Positions 25,392 to 37,858 of a stretch of 64,000 bases of DNA are shown one piece after another (the first letter of the stretch is position 1; each line of letters opens with the position of its first letter). The stretch is from assembly GCF_018977255.1 (NCBI RefSeq), contig NW_024704742.1:56484001-56548000 (forward strand). The letters run 5' to 3'. The notes under the pieces are model-generated. The model saw only the letters and a list, made by a program, of their open reading frames with translations. It did not search any database and was not told the DNA's origin. Source of the stretch: Callorhinchus milii (taxonomy: Eukaryota). A program made the translations under genes and the position numbers.

Positions 25392-26084
25392 TAATAATAA
25401 TAATAACAATAATAATAATAATCCTTGCATTTGACATAGCATGGAATCCTGTAGCTCAGTGATTAGAGCACTCGCTTTGCAAGCGAGAGACCTGAGTTCA
25501 ATTCCAGGCAGTGCGAAACCTTGGGCAGGTTTCCTTACTCCACACGCCTAATAATAATCCCTCCAAAACCAAAAACAATAATAAATTGGTCATTTTCAAT
25601 CTACGACTGTTTGTGGGACATTGCTGTGTGCAATTGGCTGCCGCGTTTGCCCACAAATATACAGTCAATTCACTTTACAGTGTGTTCTGTGAAGCGTTTT
25701 GGGACGTCCTCCCGACGTGAAAAGCGCTATATCAAATGCAAGGATTATTATTATTATTATAGCGCCTTATCACGTCCTCAAGACATATGCAGTGCTTAAC
25801 TGCATATACCGTAAAGTTAATTGACTGTATAATTTGTGGGCGAAACATGGCAGCCCAATTGCACACAGGAGTGTCCCACAAACAGTCGTGGATTGAGTGT
25901 CCAATTTACTTATTTTTTTCGAAGCCCAGACAGGTTATCCGCCAATCAACTAACAATTGGGTTCCTACTTATTGCTAGGTAAACAGAGGCATGTGGAGTA
26001 AGCAACTTGCCCAAGGTTTTGCCCTGCCGGGAATCAAACCCAGGTCTCTCGCTTGCGAGGCTAGTGAACCACTGAGCTACAGGA
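25392..26084 (-). mobile_element. tRNA-derived SINE, long variant, split by the previous element
   Basis: Head at 26084-26020, body to 25761, tail resumes at 25440-25392. Confidence 0.85.
25443..25760 (+). mobile_element. Full-length tRNA-Ala-derived SINE nested in an antisense SINE
   Basis: A/B boxes, anticodon arm CTCGC-TTTGCAA-GCGAG (TGC), L2-like tail, (TTA)n. Confidence 0.92.
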
Positions 26085-26768
26085 TGTAAGATTGTGACAA
26101 ACATAAATTTACGCAGTGTACAGGAAAGAAATTTGCTGGCTTACTGGCATTTACATAGATTTACATAGATTGTAGGGCACAAAAACAAGCCATTTCGACC
26201 AAATAATCAGTGTCCGTGTTTACTACTCCACATTAGTCTCTGCTTTTGTTTCGGGTTAGACGCTAACAAAGGTTTCATTTCCCTGTTCAGATAGACTTTA
26301 AAGATTCCATGTTACTACTCAAAAATAGGCCAACAATCCTCCAAATAAAACTAGTTACTTCTTCATGGCTGTTGTGGGATGTTGCTGTGTGCAAATTGTC
26401 ACATTTGCACACAAAATACGTTGAACAAAATGCTTATCACAATGATCATAAGGCTAACCAAGTTAGTCACTGCACTTGACAGTATATCCTGTGAAACGTT
26501 TCGAAATGTCCTCCTGAATGAAAGGCATTATATCAAGTTCAAGGATTATAATTATGAAATCAATGGTGACACAAATGGAATAAGACCCCACTATAGAATG
26601 AAACAAACAATATTTTTTAACAATATAACCACCTACAGGAAAAGGTTCACAGTTCAATGGCTGAATATGATGTCAACTGAACTCCTTGTTTAAATCATTA
26701 CCCCCTGATCACTCAAATCTATTCTCTGTGTGATCACACATGGACTTCTGAAACTTAATGTAACTCAC

Positions 26769-26996
26769 AGTTTTGTTCCCCTGAGAATCTCATCGCTGTA
26801 GACATTGGTGTTTTTTGACCTTAACAGCTCGGAACCGAGTGCTGGCAGCTTACGTTGTGTAGCTGGTCTCCTTGCAGATAGCTGTAAGATGCGGGGTGAT
26901 GAAAAAGTACTGTGATCTGTCCCACGTCCTAGACGATTTCTTATTGTAGATAAAATAGTGGAGCCCGTACTGAGCTGCTTATCATCCTGGTCACAC
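26769..26996 (-). CDS. FAM149A: FAM149A exon (228 nt)
   Basis: CDQDDKQLSTGSTILSTIRNRLGR...NVYSDEILRGTKL; aag| and |gtgagt. Confidence 0.9.
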
Positions 26997-27924
26997 CTTC
27001 AGGTTTAAAAAAAAGCAATTTGTAAGTATCACAATGGAATGGTTGGCTCCCATGGAGACTAATTTTAGTAGAAATAAGAAATGTTTTCTCCCAAACTATA
27101 ATTTACATGAAGAAAGAGAATGTGTGGAGTGACTCTTAAATAATGTGAAACTGGTTATAAAGTTACATCAAATGAACCAGGCTAAATGAATAAGTCTGGG
27201 TGTTATTCCCTTTAATGCTTGTGAATCTTTGGTTATTGCCAGAATCTGCATCCAACTAAAGACTTAAAGATTACATATCAAAGAATACAAGATGTGGGAG
27301 TATGCCAATGAAAATGTTAGTGTTGCAATGTCTAACATCTCTCTCTCATCATTAACCTCAGGTCCTACAAGATGTGAAGTGAACTGAGGAAGTCCAAAGA
27401 TCTTATAAATAATCATTCTTATCAGAAAAGCACTGAGGGACAAACCATATTGTGAACTCCAAAAGAATAATATATTTAGATTTTCTGGTGTTCCCATCTA
27501 ACCTTCACCGATTGCTGCAATTTAATGCCAGGTTAATCTCAATTGACCTTTTCTCCATGGGGTAAAAATTACAGCAGTTCAAAGCATTCCTTGTGTTAAA
27601 TAGGGCACATTCTATAACTTCCTCTCCATGTGTGTGAAATTTCCCTGTTCCAATCTGCCCCAAACCAATTTTTAAAACACATTTTTTAAAAAATGTACTT
27701 TTCTGTTGTTGGGCAACTTGAAATTGATTTTTTTTGTTTAAAATCTATTTCTTGGGGTTGGTCACTCAAAGAAGGGGGAGACATCTACACTCTCCATGAT
27801 CCAGAATTTTTTTTAAGATATGCTGAGTCTTAGGTTGGTTTTCATTGGGACTCTATGTCAAAAATATTTTATATGAAATGAAGAATGTAGACTATTTAAA
27901 TCATCGAGGTGAAATATAAATGGC

Positions 27925-28098
27925 AAAAGCATTTGAACCTTAAATAACTATTTAGGGAGGACAAGTTTACAGGGCTATGGGGAGAGAGCGGGGAGTGGGA
28001 TTGATTTAGATAGATTTTTTTCAAAGAGCCTGCATAGACGTGATGGGCTGAATGGCCTCCTTCTGTGCTGTATAATTCCATGATTCCCTGATTCTATG
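27925..28098 (+). mobile_element. CR1-clade LINE 3' end
   Basis: GATGGGCTGAATGGCCTCCTTCTGTGCTGTA hairpin region and ATTCTATG-type terminal repeats; related copies at 7790-7960 and 36267-36442 (+), and 26150-26235 and 31536-31700 (-). Confidence 0.8.
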
Positions 28099-28316
28099 GT
28101 TACAAGTTGGTACTGCGGTAGACGGACTGTTCTTTTAACTCCCAGACCAAGAAGTGTTAAACCATAGGTTTTTCACAAAGGTTTGGTTTTTCAGCTGTAG
28201 AACAATACACATTATATGTCATGGAAAAGAAAAGAACAAACCATAACATGAGGCTGTTATTTTGTATGGATTGGGAGAATATGTATACATTAGTCATGTG
28301 AGGATACAATACTCAC

Positions 28317-28420
28317 TGGGTTTTATCAAATATTCCTGCATGTCTTTGTTGAAGTGGTTTGGCTTGAATTGTCATAACACCATGTAAGTTACTGCGGTAA
28401 CTGATTGCCATACGATGAGC
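28317..28420 (-). CDS. FAM149A: FAM149A exon (104 nt)
   Basis: AHRMAISYRSNLHGVMTIQAKPLQQRHAGIFDKTQ; FAM149A GVMTIQAKPLQ motif; tag| and |gtgagt. Confidence 0.93.
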
Positions 28421-28945
28421 CTAGAAGGCGTAATCAAAAAATGCACAAGAGCTTGGTAATGCGTAATGCGAGAGTCATGTAATAATATGCAGTCAAAACA
28501 AGAAAAGTGCTCCCCTCTCAGTGTTATTTTAGTCTGTCTTAAAAAGACTCAAAACTAAGACAGTAATTGGTTGAATAGGCTCATTTGATGACTGATTTCC
28601 TTGTCAATCTACAGTATGCTGTGTATGTAAATCAGCTCTGAAACCCAACTTTCCTGCAAGACAACTCTGCTCAGCACTGAACCGAAATTTTCTCCCAGAC
28701 CATCCAGTTCCACCAGTTCCATTGGTAAGCCAGGCTCATTCATTCGCTGCACCTAGTTTTATTCGGTTAGTGGCAACAACAACAACTTGCCTTTATATAG
28801 CACCCTTTGTGCAGGGTGGCATCTCGGAGCATGTAACATTGGCAAAGCTTGGCATTGAGCTGGGGGGTGAGGGGAGGTGACCGTAGACATGGTTTAAGAG
28901 GAAGTGATCTGAAGATGGGGAAAGAGTAGGCAAGATGGGGAAGGT

Positions 28946-29258
28946 GGAGTCCTGTGGCTCAGTGGTTAGAGCACTCGCCTTGCAAGCGAGACACCTGGGT
29001 TCAATTCCAGGCAGGGCAAAACCTTGGGCAAGTTTCCTTACTCCACACGCCTAATAATAATCCCTCCAAAACAAAACAATAATAAATTGGTCATTTTCAA
29101 TCCACGACTATTTGTGGGACACTGCTGTGCGCAATTGGCTGCCGCGTTTCGCCCACAAATATACAGTTAATTCACTTTACAGTATATTCTGTGAAGCGCT
29201 TTGAGGCGTCTAGAAGACATGAAAAGTGCTATATCAAATGCAAAGATTATTATTATTA
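28946..29258 (+). mobile_element. Full-length tRNA-Ala-derived SINE inserted into an L2 fragment
   Basis: Complete head, body and (TTA)n tail; L2 sequence on both sides (28775-28945, 29259-29360); AAGG on both flanks. Confidence 0.92.
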
Positions 29259-29567
29259 AGGCGGAGGCATTAAGGAAGAGAGTTCCGCGGTTTGGGATAT
29301 AATGTGCGATGGTGGAGCAGAGGGGACAAGGGATGTGCAGGATGCTGGAGCCAGCTGAGCGGAGAGGTTCGGTAATAGAAAACAGGACATGGCAATAGAT
29401 ATGGGAATTTCACCAGGAATAAATCTTGCACGAATATAGAGGAATTTACTAAGGTGAATTCCACCATTTCAATTAAAAGCCGCATTATCTTTACAATTCA
29501 AATGAAATTATCATGTTGTATTAGCGAAAGTATCACACTACAAATAAACACACATTGTGGATCATAC

Positions 29568-29713
29568 CTGAGAGTGGATGAAGGAAGCACCAAGAGCCAG
29601 GCTCCGTGTCTCAGATCCTCTAGATGGTGGAACACTACTGTTTGTCACAGTACTGACTCGAGGAAGTTTGCTCAATGTTACGTGCTGCATATTCACTATC
29701 TGCTTATCTTCAT
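29568..29713 (-). CDS. FAM149A: FAM149A exon (146 nt)
   Basis: DEDKQIVNMQHVTLSKLPRVSTVTNSSVPPSRGSETRSLALGASFIHSQ; tag| and |gtatga; phases 1-0 fit neighbours. Confidence 0.87.
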
Positions 29714-30009
29714 CTATAACCAGATACGAAATATAGAGACATAAAAGTATGTTATATTGGTATAGTTTTTTTTAATAAAATGTCTGAAATCGTCAAACCG
29801 AAACTGAGAAAACCCAGTGGTCGACCACGGCACTTCACACACAAGACCCACTTTTATGGAGTCAGGACTTTGGGACACCGCCATGAAGAACTGTACAGAT
29901 GCTATGCAGGAAGAGGAAGCACAGTTCATAATATACTGACAGTAGAGGCTATGTGTATGCTTTATTTTTTATTTCTGTAAAGTAAATATTAGTGGTGTCA
30001 ACCTGGTAT

Positions 30010-30600
30010 AAGCCTGGCTTAGTTGGTAGCACTCTCGCCTCTGAGTCAGAAGGCATTGGGTTCAAGATCTACATCAGGACTTTAAAATTGACACAGTCCA
30101 GGCTGACACTCCAATACACTGCTTCAAATGGAGGTGTTGTCCTTTAAACCAGATGTTTAACCAAGATCCTATCTGTCTGTTCAAATGGTAGTTAAAGATT
30201 CCACGGCAATATTTGAAAAGAGAAGGGAGTTATAAGAACATAAAAACAGAAACAGGAGTAGGCTGTTCAGTCCCTCAAGCCTGTTCCACCATTTAACAAG
30301 ATCATGTACCTCAAGTCCAGTTACCTGCCCTTGCCCCATATCCATTAACACCCTGACCTAACAGATGCCTATCCACCTCCGTCTTGGATATGTGAATGGA
30401 TCTCCCGGTGTGCTGGCCAACAATCCAGCACATAAAATTAGTCATTTACTTCATAGCTGTTTTAGGACATTACTTTGTGCAAATTGGCTGCCGCATTTAA
30501 TAACAAATACAGTCAGTCACTTCACAGTAAAATCCGGTGAACTACTTTGAGACACCTCGATGATGTGATAAAGTGCAGTATCGAATGCAAGGATATTTGT
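30010..30600 (+). mobile_element. Deu-domain SINE interrupted by an antisense CR1 3' end (about 30233-30395)
   Basis: Head TGGCTTAGTTGGTAGCACTCTCGCCTCTGAGTCAGAAGG; Deu core; resumes at TCTCCCGGTGTGCTGGCCAAC. Confidence 0.75.
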
Positions 30601-31237
30601 TATATTTTTTTTACTTATTTTATTGAACAAAATTGAAAGTAATTTCCATTCTCTATAAAAAAATAAGGTGGATTGTCAAGATTTGTTTTATTATTATAAA
30701 ATTATTCCAATTTTTTTAACTTTCATTATTATAAAAAGCAGATTGCCAATCTTTTATTTAATAAATAATTGTTACTTTACCCAGGTATTTTTTTTAAAAA
30801 ACAAGGAAATATCAGGTATTTATAAGCAAAAAAACAAAGCCCAGAAAAGCACCACTGCTCCATCCATGGTTTCTCCCACAAAATATACAGTTAATTCGCT
30901 TTACAGTATATTCTGTGAAGCACTATGAGTCTCAACACTGAGATTATATCAAAAGCAAGGATTATTATTATTATGTAGAATTCCTAATACACAAATGTTG
31001 TGATGGTCACTCCCCTACATTACAATGTTCAAAGATAAAATAAGATATTTTCTGTAAAATGAATAGTTTGTTCCCACTCATATCTGAAATGTAACTAAAC
31101 TAAATTATCTGCAGCCTGATATATTGTTAGCCTTGAAACAAACTGCTTTGTTCTGTCAATTTGCAAAGAGTAATTCACTACAAGCTGACCTGAGTCAATG
31201 TCAGCCCGAACATTTTTGAATCTATGATATCCAGTAC

Positions 31238-31428
31238 CTGAAAAAGTAGTCTCCCAGTGTTTCCTGATCAGCTCCTCCAACATCTCAATCACATCCCGCC
31301 AGATGTTGTCAAATATCTCTGCAGATACAGCATCCTTAATGCAGTCGTTGGGCGAAACGGGGGGAATGCCTCGTTTATTTCTCCTCTGAGCTAGCTGAAC
31401 TTTCTTTTGTTCCAAGCTCTCATCATCA
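31238..31428 (-). CDS. FAM149A: FAM149A exon (191 nt)
   Basis: DDESLEQKK...GIPPVSPNDCIKDAVSAEIFDNIWRDVIEMLEELIRKHWETTFS; tag| and |gtactg. Confidence 0.93.
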
Positions 31429-32234
31429 CTAATATTGTGGATGAAGCAGAACAAGATAAACATGAGCTACAGTGCAGTGTATTTCACTTTACAGATCAAC
31501 AAGTTAGAATTGTTCGCATATGCTACTGATATTGATAGGAACGTAGGAACAGGAGAAGGCCATTCGGACCATCGAGCCTGATCCGCCAGTATATTGGATC
31601 ATGGTAGATATTTTTATAATATTTCTCCACCTTTTTCCATATCTCTTAATACCATTAGATCCCAAGTATCTGTCTGCCTTGCTTTTAAATATCCCATTTG
31701 ATTATAAAACTATCCTAATGTAAACTTAACTGCAAAAATAAATGAATTAAATGGAGCTGAGTAGCAGAACCACTGCAATCGGTTATCTTCCATGATAAAC
31801 ATCTGTGTTAAGCTCTCCAGGACCCTGCCCCACGTGAAAGATACTATATAAATGCAAGCTGCTGTTGTACAGCATTTGCTTCAATCTACCTGCTTGAACT
31901 CAGTGGCTTTAGTCAGTTCTCAACCTGGCCACTAGAAGAAGCATATTATTTGGTATCAGACAGAAAAAACAATCCAAACAACAATCCATTTCTTTTACTT
32001 TCTGTAATTGTGCCAGTTATGCTGCAGCAATCAAACGGAAACTATTGGCAACTGAACGTCCTACTGTTATTCCACCAGTTAGAATGACATATGATACATT
32101 TGCCTACAAAATACATATTCACTGTACGCTTTGAAATGTTTCAACAACAGCAAGGCAGTAGCTCAAATGCAAGGTTTATTATTATTACTAATATATAAGA
32201 TGAACCTCTTCAAATATATGTCTTTGTAACTTTA

Positions 32235-32628
32235 GAATCCTCATCTCCACTTTTAAAGCCCTCCGCAGTCTTGATCCTCCGTACCTCTACGACTTACTAA
32301 CACCACATCAACTTGCCATCAACTCTGCTCCTCCGCTCAGTAGGCACTGGCCTGCTACATGTATCCCGCCCTGCCCACCCTACCATTGACGGTCAGGCCT
32401 TAGCTTTTCTGCCCCCATCCTCTGGAATTTCATCCTGGAATCTCTCCACCTTGCCCCCTCCTTTGTCTCCTTCAAGGCTCATCTCTCTCTGCCACCCTCC
32501 TACCTCACCTATCCTCCACCTCTCTTGATTCCAACCCCCAGCTCAGGTGGAAACCCTTAACTGTCCAGCGCCTTGTGATGTTCTTCCAACATAAAAGGCG
32601 CTATAAAATGTGATTTTGTTGTTGTTGA
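32235..32628 (+). mobile_element. L2 3' fragment
   Basis: LRSVGTGLLHVSRP; L2 tail ending in (TTG)n. Confidence 0.78.
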
Positions 32629-33223
32629 TGAGTTTTTATTTTAAAGCTGAATTCATCAATATGCCAAACTCTGTTACAAAAAGAGAGTAAATCTAGACCT
32701 TGGCATAATTTCTCCTCTGGCTCTGTTTCTTCAACAATTAAATCACATTTCTTTTTAGCCAGAACATATATCCTGTGCCCTTTTGGACAGAATATGTAGT
32801 TGTATAGTTCCCCTAGCAACCTGTGCTAAATGATAGGTTTAGGACTGAATAATGATCCCTACAACCTTCATCTCTGCCAATCCCACATCACCACCTCTCC
32901 CCTCACCCCCACTCCCCCCCTCCTCAGAGAATAGCTTCCCCTTCCAGCCCTTGTAGAACTGATTAGGAGTCATCTTAGATTTTAACATAATGACAATCAT
33001 TTATTTGAATGCTGGTCACCAAAGTTTATTATAATTATTTTTTTATAAATATTTATGTTAAAATATTTTAGGTCACCATCTGGCAAAGAAGAGTAAAGTC
33101 CGCATTTTCTATAGCATTCTCTAAGCTCTGATCGGGATGTCATATCTTTAGGCTGTCGCAAAGGTGAATTTTTTGCCAGAGAGTGGCCTAAAAAAAATGA
33201 TAGGTGAAGGTTGCTGCACACAC

Positions 33224-33403
33224 CATTCTTTGCTGTCATATGCAAAATATTCTTCAATTTTTCCATCCATGTCATAGATTTCCTCCTCCAGGAATGAGAA
33301 GTCAGATGAGTTTGAATGGAGTGAACTGACAGTGGAGTCTGACTCTGATCCACTGTGAAAGGGAGAATGGGTGGGAACCAAACGGTGGCCTGAGAGGCAG
33401 AGC
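33224..33403 (-). CDS. FAM149A: FAM149A exon (180 nt)
   Basis: LCLSGHRLVP...SFLEEEIYDMDGKIEEYFAYDSKE; cag| and |gtgtgt. Confidence 0.9.
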
Positions 33404-33739
33404 CTGAGAAAAGAAGACACACAGTGTGTTTGAGGTTAATAACTTCCACAAGGAAAGTTATCAAATCTTTGTTAATTTCCAAGCATTAGAAAAATGCCTG
33501 TGCCGGCTATCCGATCTTGCATTCTTTCGATTCTGAATAAGGAAATGTAAGAAACTGTGACTAAATCTATTTTTTATAATCATTTGGAATTACATAAATG
33601 AGTGCATGACTTCAATTTAAGGCAACATAAAATTGCCATGGTTATAAAAATGAGGAAGATGTCACAAGACACTGCAGGCGTCTTTCATACCATTCTTTTT
33701 GATCAGCCGATTGGCTGGCAGTGAGGAAACCCATCACCA

Positions 33740-34180
33740 TGCTTAAGAGTACCCGAACCAGACAGAATTCAATATATGTATGTCAGCAGCACATGGAATT
33801 ACCATGTATCTGGAATAGAATGCGCACTCTGGCTCAGGAGGGATGCATCTTTCTTATCTAATTCTGGAGAGGCGAAGTTGGCAAGGGCCAAGGTTTGGGG
33901 ACCCTGGAGTATGTGTTGGGGTAATGCTGGAGTTTAACTAGGTAAAACTAATTAGCTTGTTATGAAAGTACTATCTGACAAGATCTCCACTGCTTGTCCA
34001 GCTAGGAACACTCTATCCAATAGGCCTATGGCTAGAAGGGTTACCAGGAGCTGAATGGGAAGAATCCCTGCTCCAAGTGACTGGTCTGCCCACCCTAAAC
34101 CTGCCAATGAGCGAGGCTGGCTAGTCTGTCATCAACAATGTCCTGGAATAATCTGAACTCACATGGCTCAGGAACCAGAT
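33740..34180 (+). mobile_element. Ancient SINE-like repeat resembling AmnSINE2
   Basis: Shares GGAGTTTAACCAGCTAAAAC and AGAATCCCTGCTCC.AGTGACT blocks with 35655-35900, and the first block with 23035-23145; similarity to AmnSINE2 is from memory. Confidence 0.6.
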
Positions 34181-35276
34181 GACCGAGACTGTCACCGAGT
34201 GTTGACTCGATTTCTACATTCCATTGTCAGACATGTCACCCTGGAACCAGCTCAGCTCTAAGGAGACCCTGCTTAACTCCCACCAAAGGAGGATAGGCAC
34301 TAGTTCGTCATTTGACATCCAACAAGTGCAGGTTTGAGCCGGTGACTGGGATAGCAGGTGTCAGGTACCTGCAAACTTCTTGGTGAGCAGCACAGCTCAA
34401 CATGAAATGTGTCAGCGCATTGCCACCATCTTCCTGCCCACAGCTCGGACACAACCCTACCCACTAAGCAATCGTTCCATCAGGTGGAGATGTAGCATTT
34501 GAGCAACGGCTGCTTAACTCTCTTACAAGTCAAGGTGGATTCCAAGACGAGGTATGTGAATGTCTGTTCACAAACTTGGACTCCAGGTAACACCTTCCAG
34601 CAGCTATTGCCCCAGCCTTAGAGTTTCCTCATCAGCTACCTGGTGGGCATCTGCCTTCAGAGTGATGGGAGGAACTTTTCAGGCCAGCTTGTGACATGTT
34701 AGTCACCTTGATGATCTAGAGGTCCAAACTCAACGGCGTGCTCCAGACATAGTCAGCACCAGCTGCTTAATCCAGGTCCTCACGTGAGGGCTTACGTTTT
34801 ATTTACGGGAGTAAATAGACTTGATTACTGTGCAGACAATTCTGACTCCATGATATTCAGTAACAAGTCAGTGAAAGCCAGAACTCACCCATCTTAAAAG
34901 ACATAGTGTGTCTAGTGGCTTTCTTCCGTGCTGTAAATTTAATTGATTCTATGATTCACCCTCCCCGCACCTGCTCTCCCAGTTTACCACAGGCTTTACC
35001 TCACTGCTTGGTCCTAAACTTCCCAAATGGGCCAGAGGACATACTGCATTCCCAGGAGCTCAGAATCAAAAAGCAGAACTGTTTGGGTACATCTTACACA
35101 CCACAAGGATTAACATGCACACTTAACATGCATTGGGACATAGCTGTCTACAAAAAGAAAAGAGAATGACTAGAGTGTACCTTGCCCCATCTCATTGAGG
35201 TCCCTTGGTCAATGTCCATGCAAAAGTTAGCAATCATTACAGGTCTGTGTGATTGATTGATAAAATTAGGGCTTAC

Positions 35277-35402
35277 TCTTTCATATCGCTGCTGCTGTCA
35301 CAGAAACTCAGCAATGGCCTAGTTACCATGGAACTGTTTCCTCTGCTCTGAAAATGCTGAAAACCTTCATCTTTCGGCAACAAAAGCTGTGTTCCTATAA
35401 TC
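35277..35402 (-). CDS. FAM149A: FAM149A exon (126 nt)
   Basis: IIGTQLLLPKDEGFQHFQSRGNSSMVTRPLLSFCDSSSDMKE; cag| and |gtaagc. Confidence 0.92.
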
Positions 35403-35997
35403 CTGCACCGGATACAAAAAGGATGAAAAATCCAGATTAGCCAATAACAATTATAACAATGTTCACAGAACAAATGGACGAAATTCCATCAGGATCTAGA
35501 TTTACTCTATTCATGTCGCATTTTGCTTACAAAATGCACAATCATTACAGTATATCATGAGAAGCACTTTGAGACTTCCACCTAATTTGAATGGTTCTAT
35601 ATAAAATGTAAGGATTATTATTGTTATTTTAGAGTCTCCAGAATTTGGCAAATTAGGGTGTTTGGATACTGCAGGAGTTTAACCAGCTAAAACCGCATAG
35701 ACATTCCCATTGTGGATACTCTGGGCATGTCCAGTTAGGACCATTCAGTTAGGGCTTTGACTTGCAAGGCTAACAGGAGCTAAGTAGAAAGAATCCCTGC
35801 TCCCAGTGACTTGTCTGCCCCTCCAACCCCTGCAATTGATAAAGGCGAGCTATCTGTTATCAACAGCACCTCAGCATACCATTGAACTACACACATCTAT
35901 GAAGAACGGTCATCAAAATATTGTTATATACTGTTTGCTATCAGACTTTGCAGTAAATTTCATGAATAATATGCACAGCTGTGAATATCTAAGCTTA

Positions 35998-36190
35998 TTA
36001 ATAAATAATAATAATAATCCTTGCATTTGATATAGCGCTTTTCACGTCTTCCAGACGTCTCAAAGCGCTTCACAGAATATGCTATAAAGTGAATTGACTA
36101 TATTTGTGGGCAAAAAGCAGCAGCCAATTGCGCACAGCAGTGTCTCACAAACAGTCGTGGATTGAAAATGACCAATTTATTATTGTTTTT
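35998..36190 (-). mobile_element. 5'-truncated tRNA-family SINE
   Basis: Body and tail matching 25585-25760. Confidence 0.88.
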
Positions 36191-36786
36191 GTTTTTTTAA
36201 GAGAGAAGTAGATAATTATTTATTATTGTTTTTTAATTTATTATTGTTTTTAATTTATTATTGTTGTTTTAAGAGAGAAGTAGATAATTATTTGGGGAAG
36301 ACAAGTTTGCAGGGCTGTGAGGAAAGAGTGGGGGAGTGGGATTGATTTGGATAGCCCTTTCCAAAGAGCCAGCACAGAGCCGGCACAGACACGATGGGCC
36401 GATTGGCCTCCTTGTGTGCTGTATAATCCTATGGTTCTGTGAATTTTCCACAATGTAAATGACATTGCAATATACTGCTATATTTTACCATTTTTTGTAT
36501 TATATGTACATATTCTAGATTTTCTATTTCTGCAGTTGCCCTGAAATCATAATATTTTTCTTGGGTAATGTTATTCCTTGTAGATGCTGCAATAACAAAT
36601 TGGAAGGTGAATCAGACTCACATTCACTTTTTTTTACTGAGCCAGTACAGCATGTGAGGCAATGGAAATATGTCTCCCAGCACCACATAAAAGTTTTGTT
36701 CTTGCCCAATAGTTTCAGATTAAAATACCATTAGCTGCCACCTGGACAGCCATAATTTTAAAACAGATTCTAGAAGTAGTTCTCAC

Positions 36787-36929
36787 CTAAGTTGGGGTGA
36801 AAGTTTAGTCCATTCTCTGCATTCAGTCTGAAGACTTTGGGTACGAGAGCTCACCTTTCCCTCAAACAGCATCTCATCGATTTCCCAGAACAACTGATCT
36901 ACCGTGCGGGTGTTTACCTTATCAAACTC
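36787..36929 (-). CDS. FAM149A: FAM149A exon, conserved DUF3719 region (143 nt)
   Basis: EFDKVNTRTVDQLFWEIDEMLFEGKVSSRTQSLQTECREWTKLSPQLR; tag| and |gtgaga. Confidence 0.93.
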
Positions 36930-37858
36930 CTACAAGACAAAAATCACAAGCATGTTAACTCTTAGTTATGTCTCTGAAGAAAAGGATTTGTTCTTTCAGA
37001 TATGCCATGGCAACAGGAGACAAAATCTGAGGTTTAAAATTGTGAAGGGAAAGTTTAGGAAAAACGTGTTTCATTCACAGAAAACAAAGAGCTTGGAATT
37101 GGTTACCAGCAAAGCTAGTAGAGCCTAGGACTGATTTAAGAAACAGATTTACTCTGTAATGGGAATCTGGTATGGTTAGCACTTTGGAAGGATGAGATCA
37201 AATTGACCAAAATCCTTTCTTCATCAAACCTCTTTTATGATCCTAACCATTTTTGTCCTGAATCCATTCACAATCAGTCACTTCAAGAATTTAATTAATT
37301 AAACTCATTTTGATTTTTCCTAGTTGAGCCAATTGAGATCGATATGGATTTCACTGGCCTGTTCCAAGTTAATAGAGGACCAGGAATTAAGATGAAACAC
37401 AAAGGTTAAAGTCATCTGTGCTGGATTAAACACAAAGGTTAAAGACAGCTGTTGATATCTTCTTGATAAATCTCATTATTAAGTGTATCCTTTTTATCCA
37501 AAGCAAAGAGAAAATTGCAGTAGCTGTAATCTATAATCATACAACACCAATATCTATTCTCAGATAAAGCTTTAGCTGCCATCAAACCGCCAATGTTAAA
37601 TAGCAATTTTAATAACCTCCTAAGTTTCAACAGACTCACAAATACATCAAGTGGAGGGGAAAGAAAAAGAGGAGGATTGATGTGATGATGATCACCAATA
37701 ATAATTATCACGTAACACACAATGTTTTTCCTTCATCACCTGGTGACATTCCTGTCAAACTATATATTATTTTGTTATCTTTTATATGAAAAATGTTGGA
37801 AAAATGAAAAAAGTTGAAAAATGAAAAATCTCCTCTTCTGTTACAATCTAATACTCAC

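Noticed and set aside
25443..25512. tRNA-Ala(TGC)-like genes here and at 15796, 28946, 52493
   Set aside because: They are SINE heads continuing into a shared body and (TTA)n tail, with no proper acceptor stem or terminator
37002..37014. RFX X-box-like ATGCCATGGCAAC in a FAM149A intron
   Set aside because: Only one good half-site, at the edge of a CR1-like fragment; likely chance
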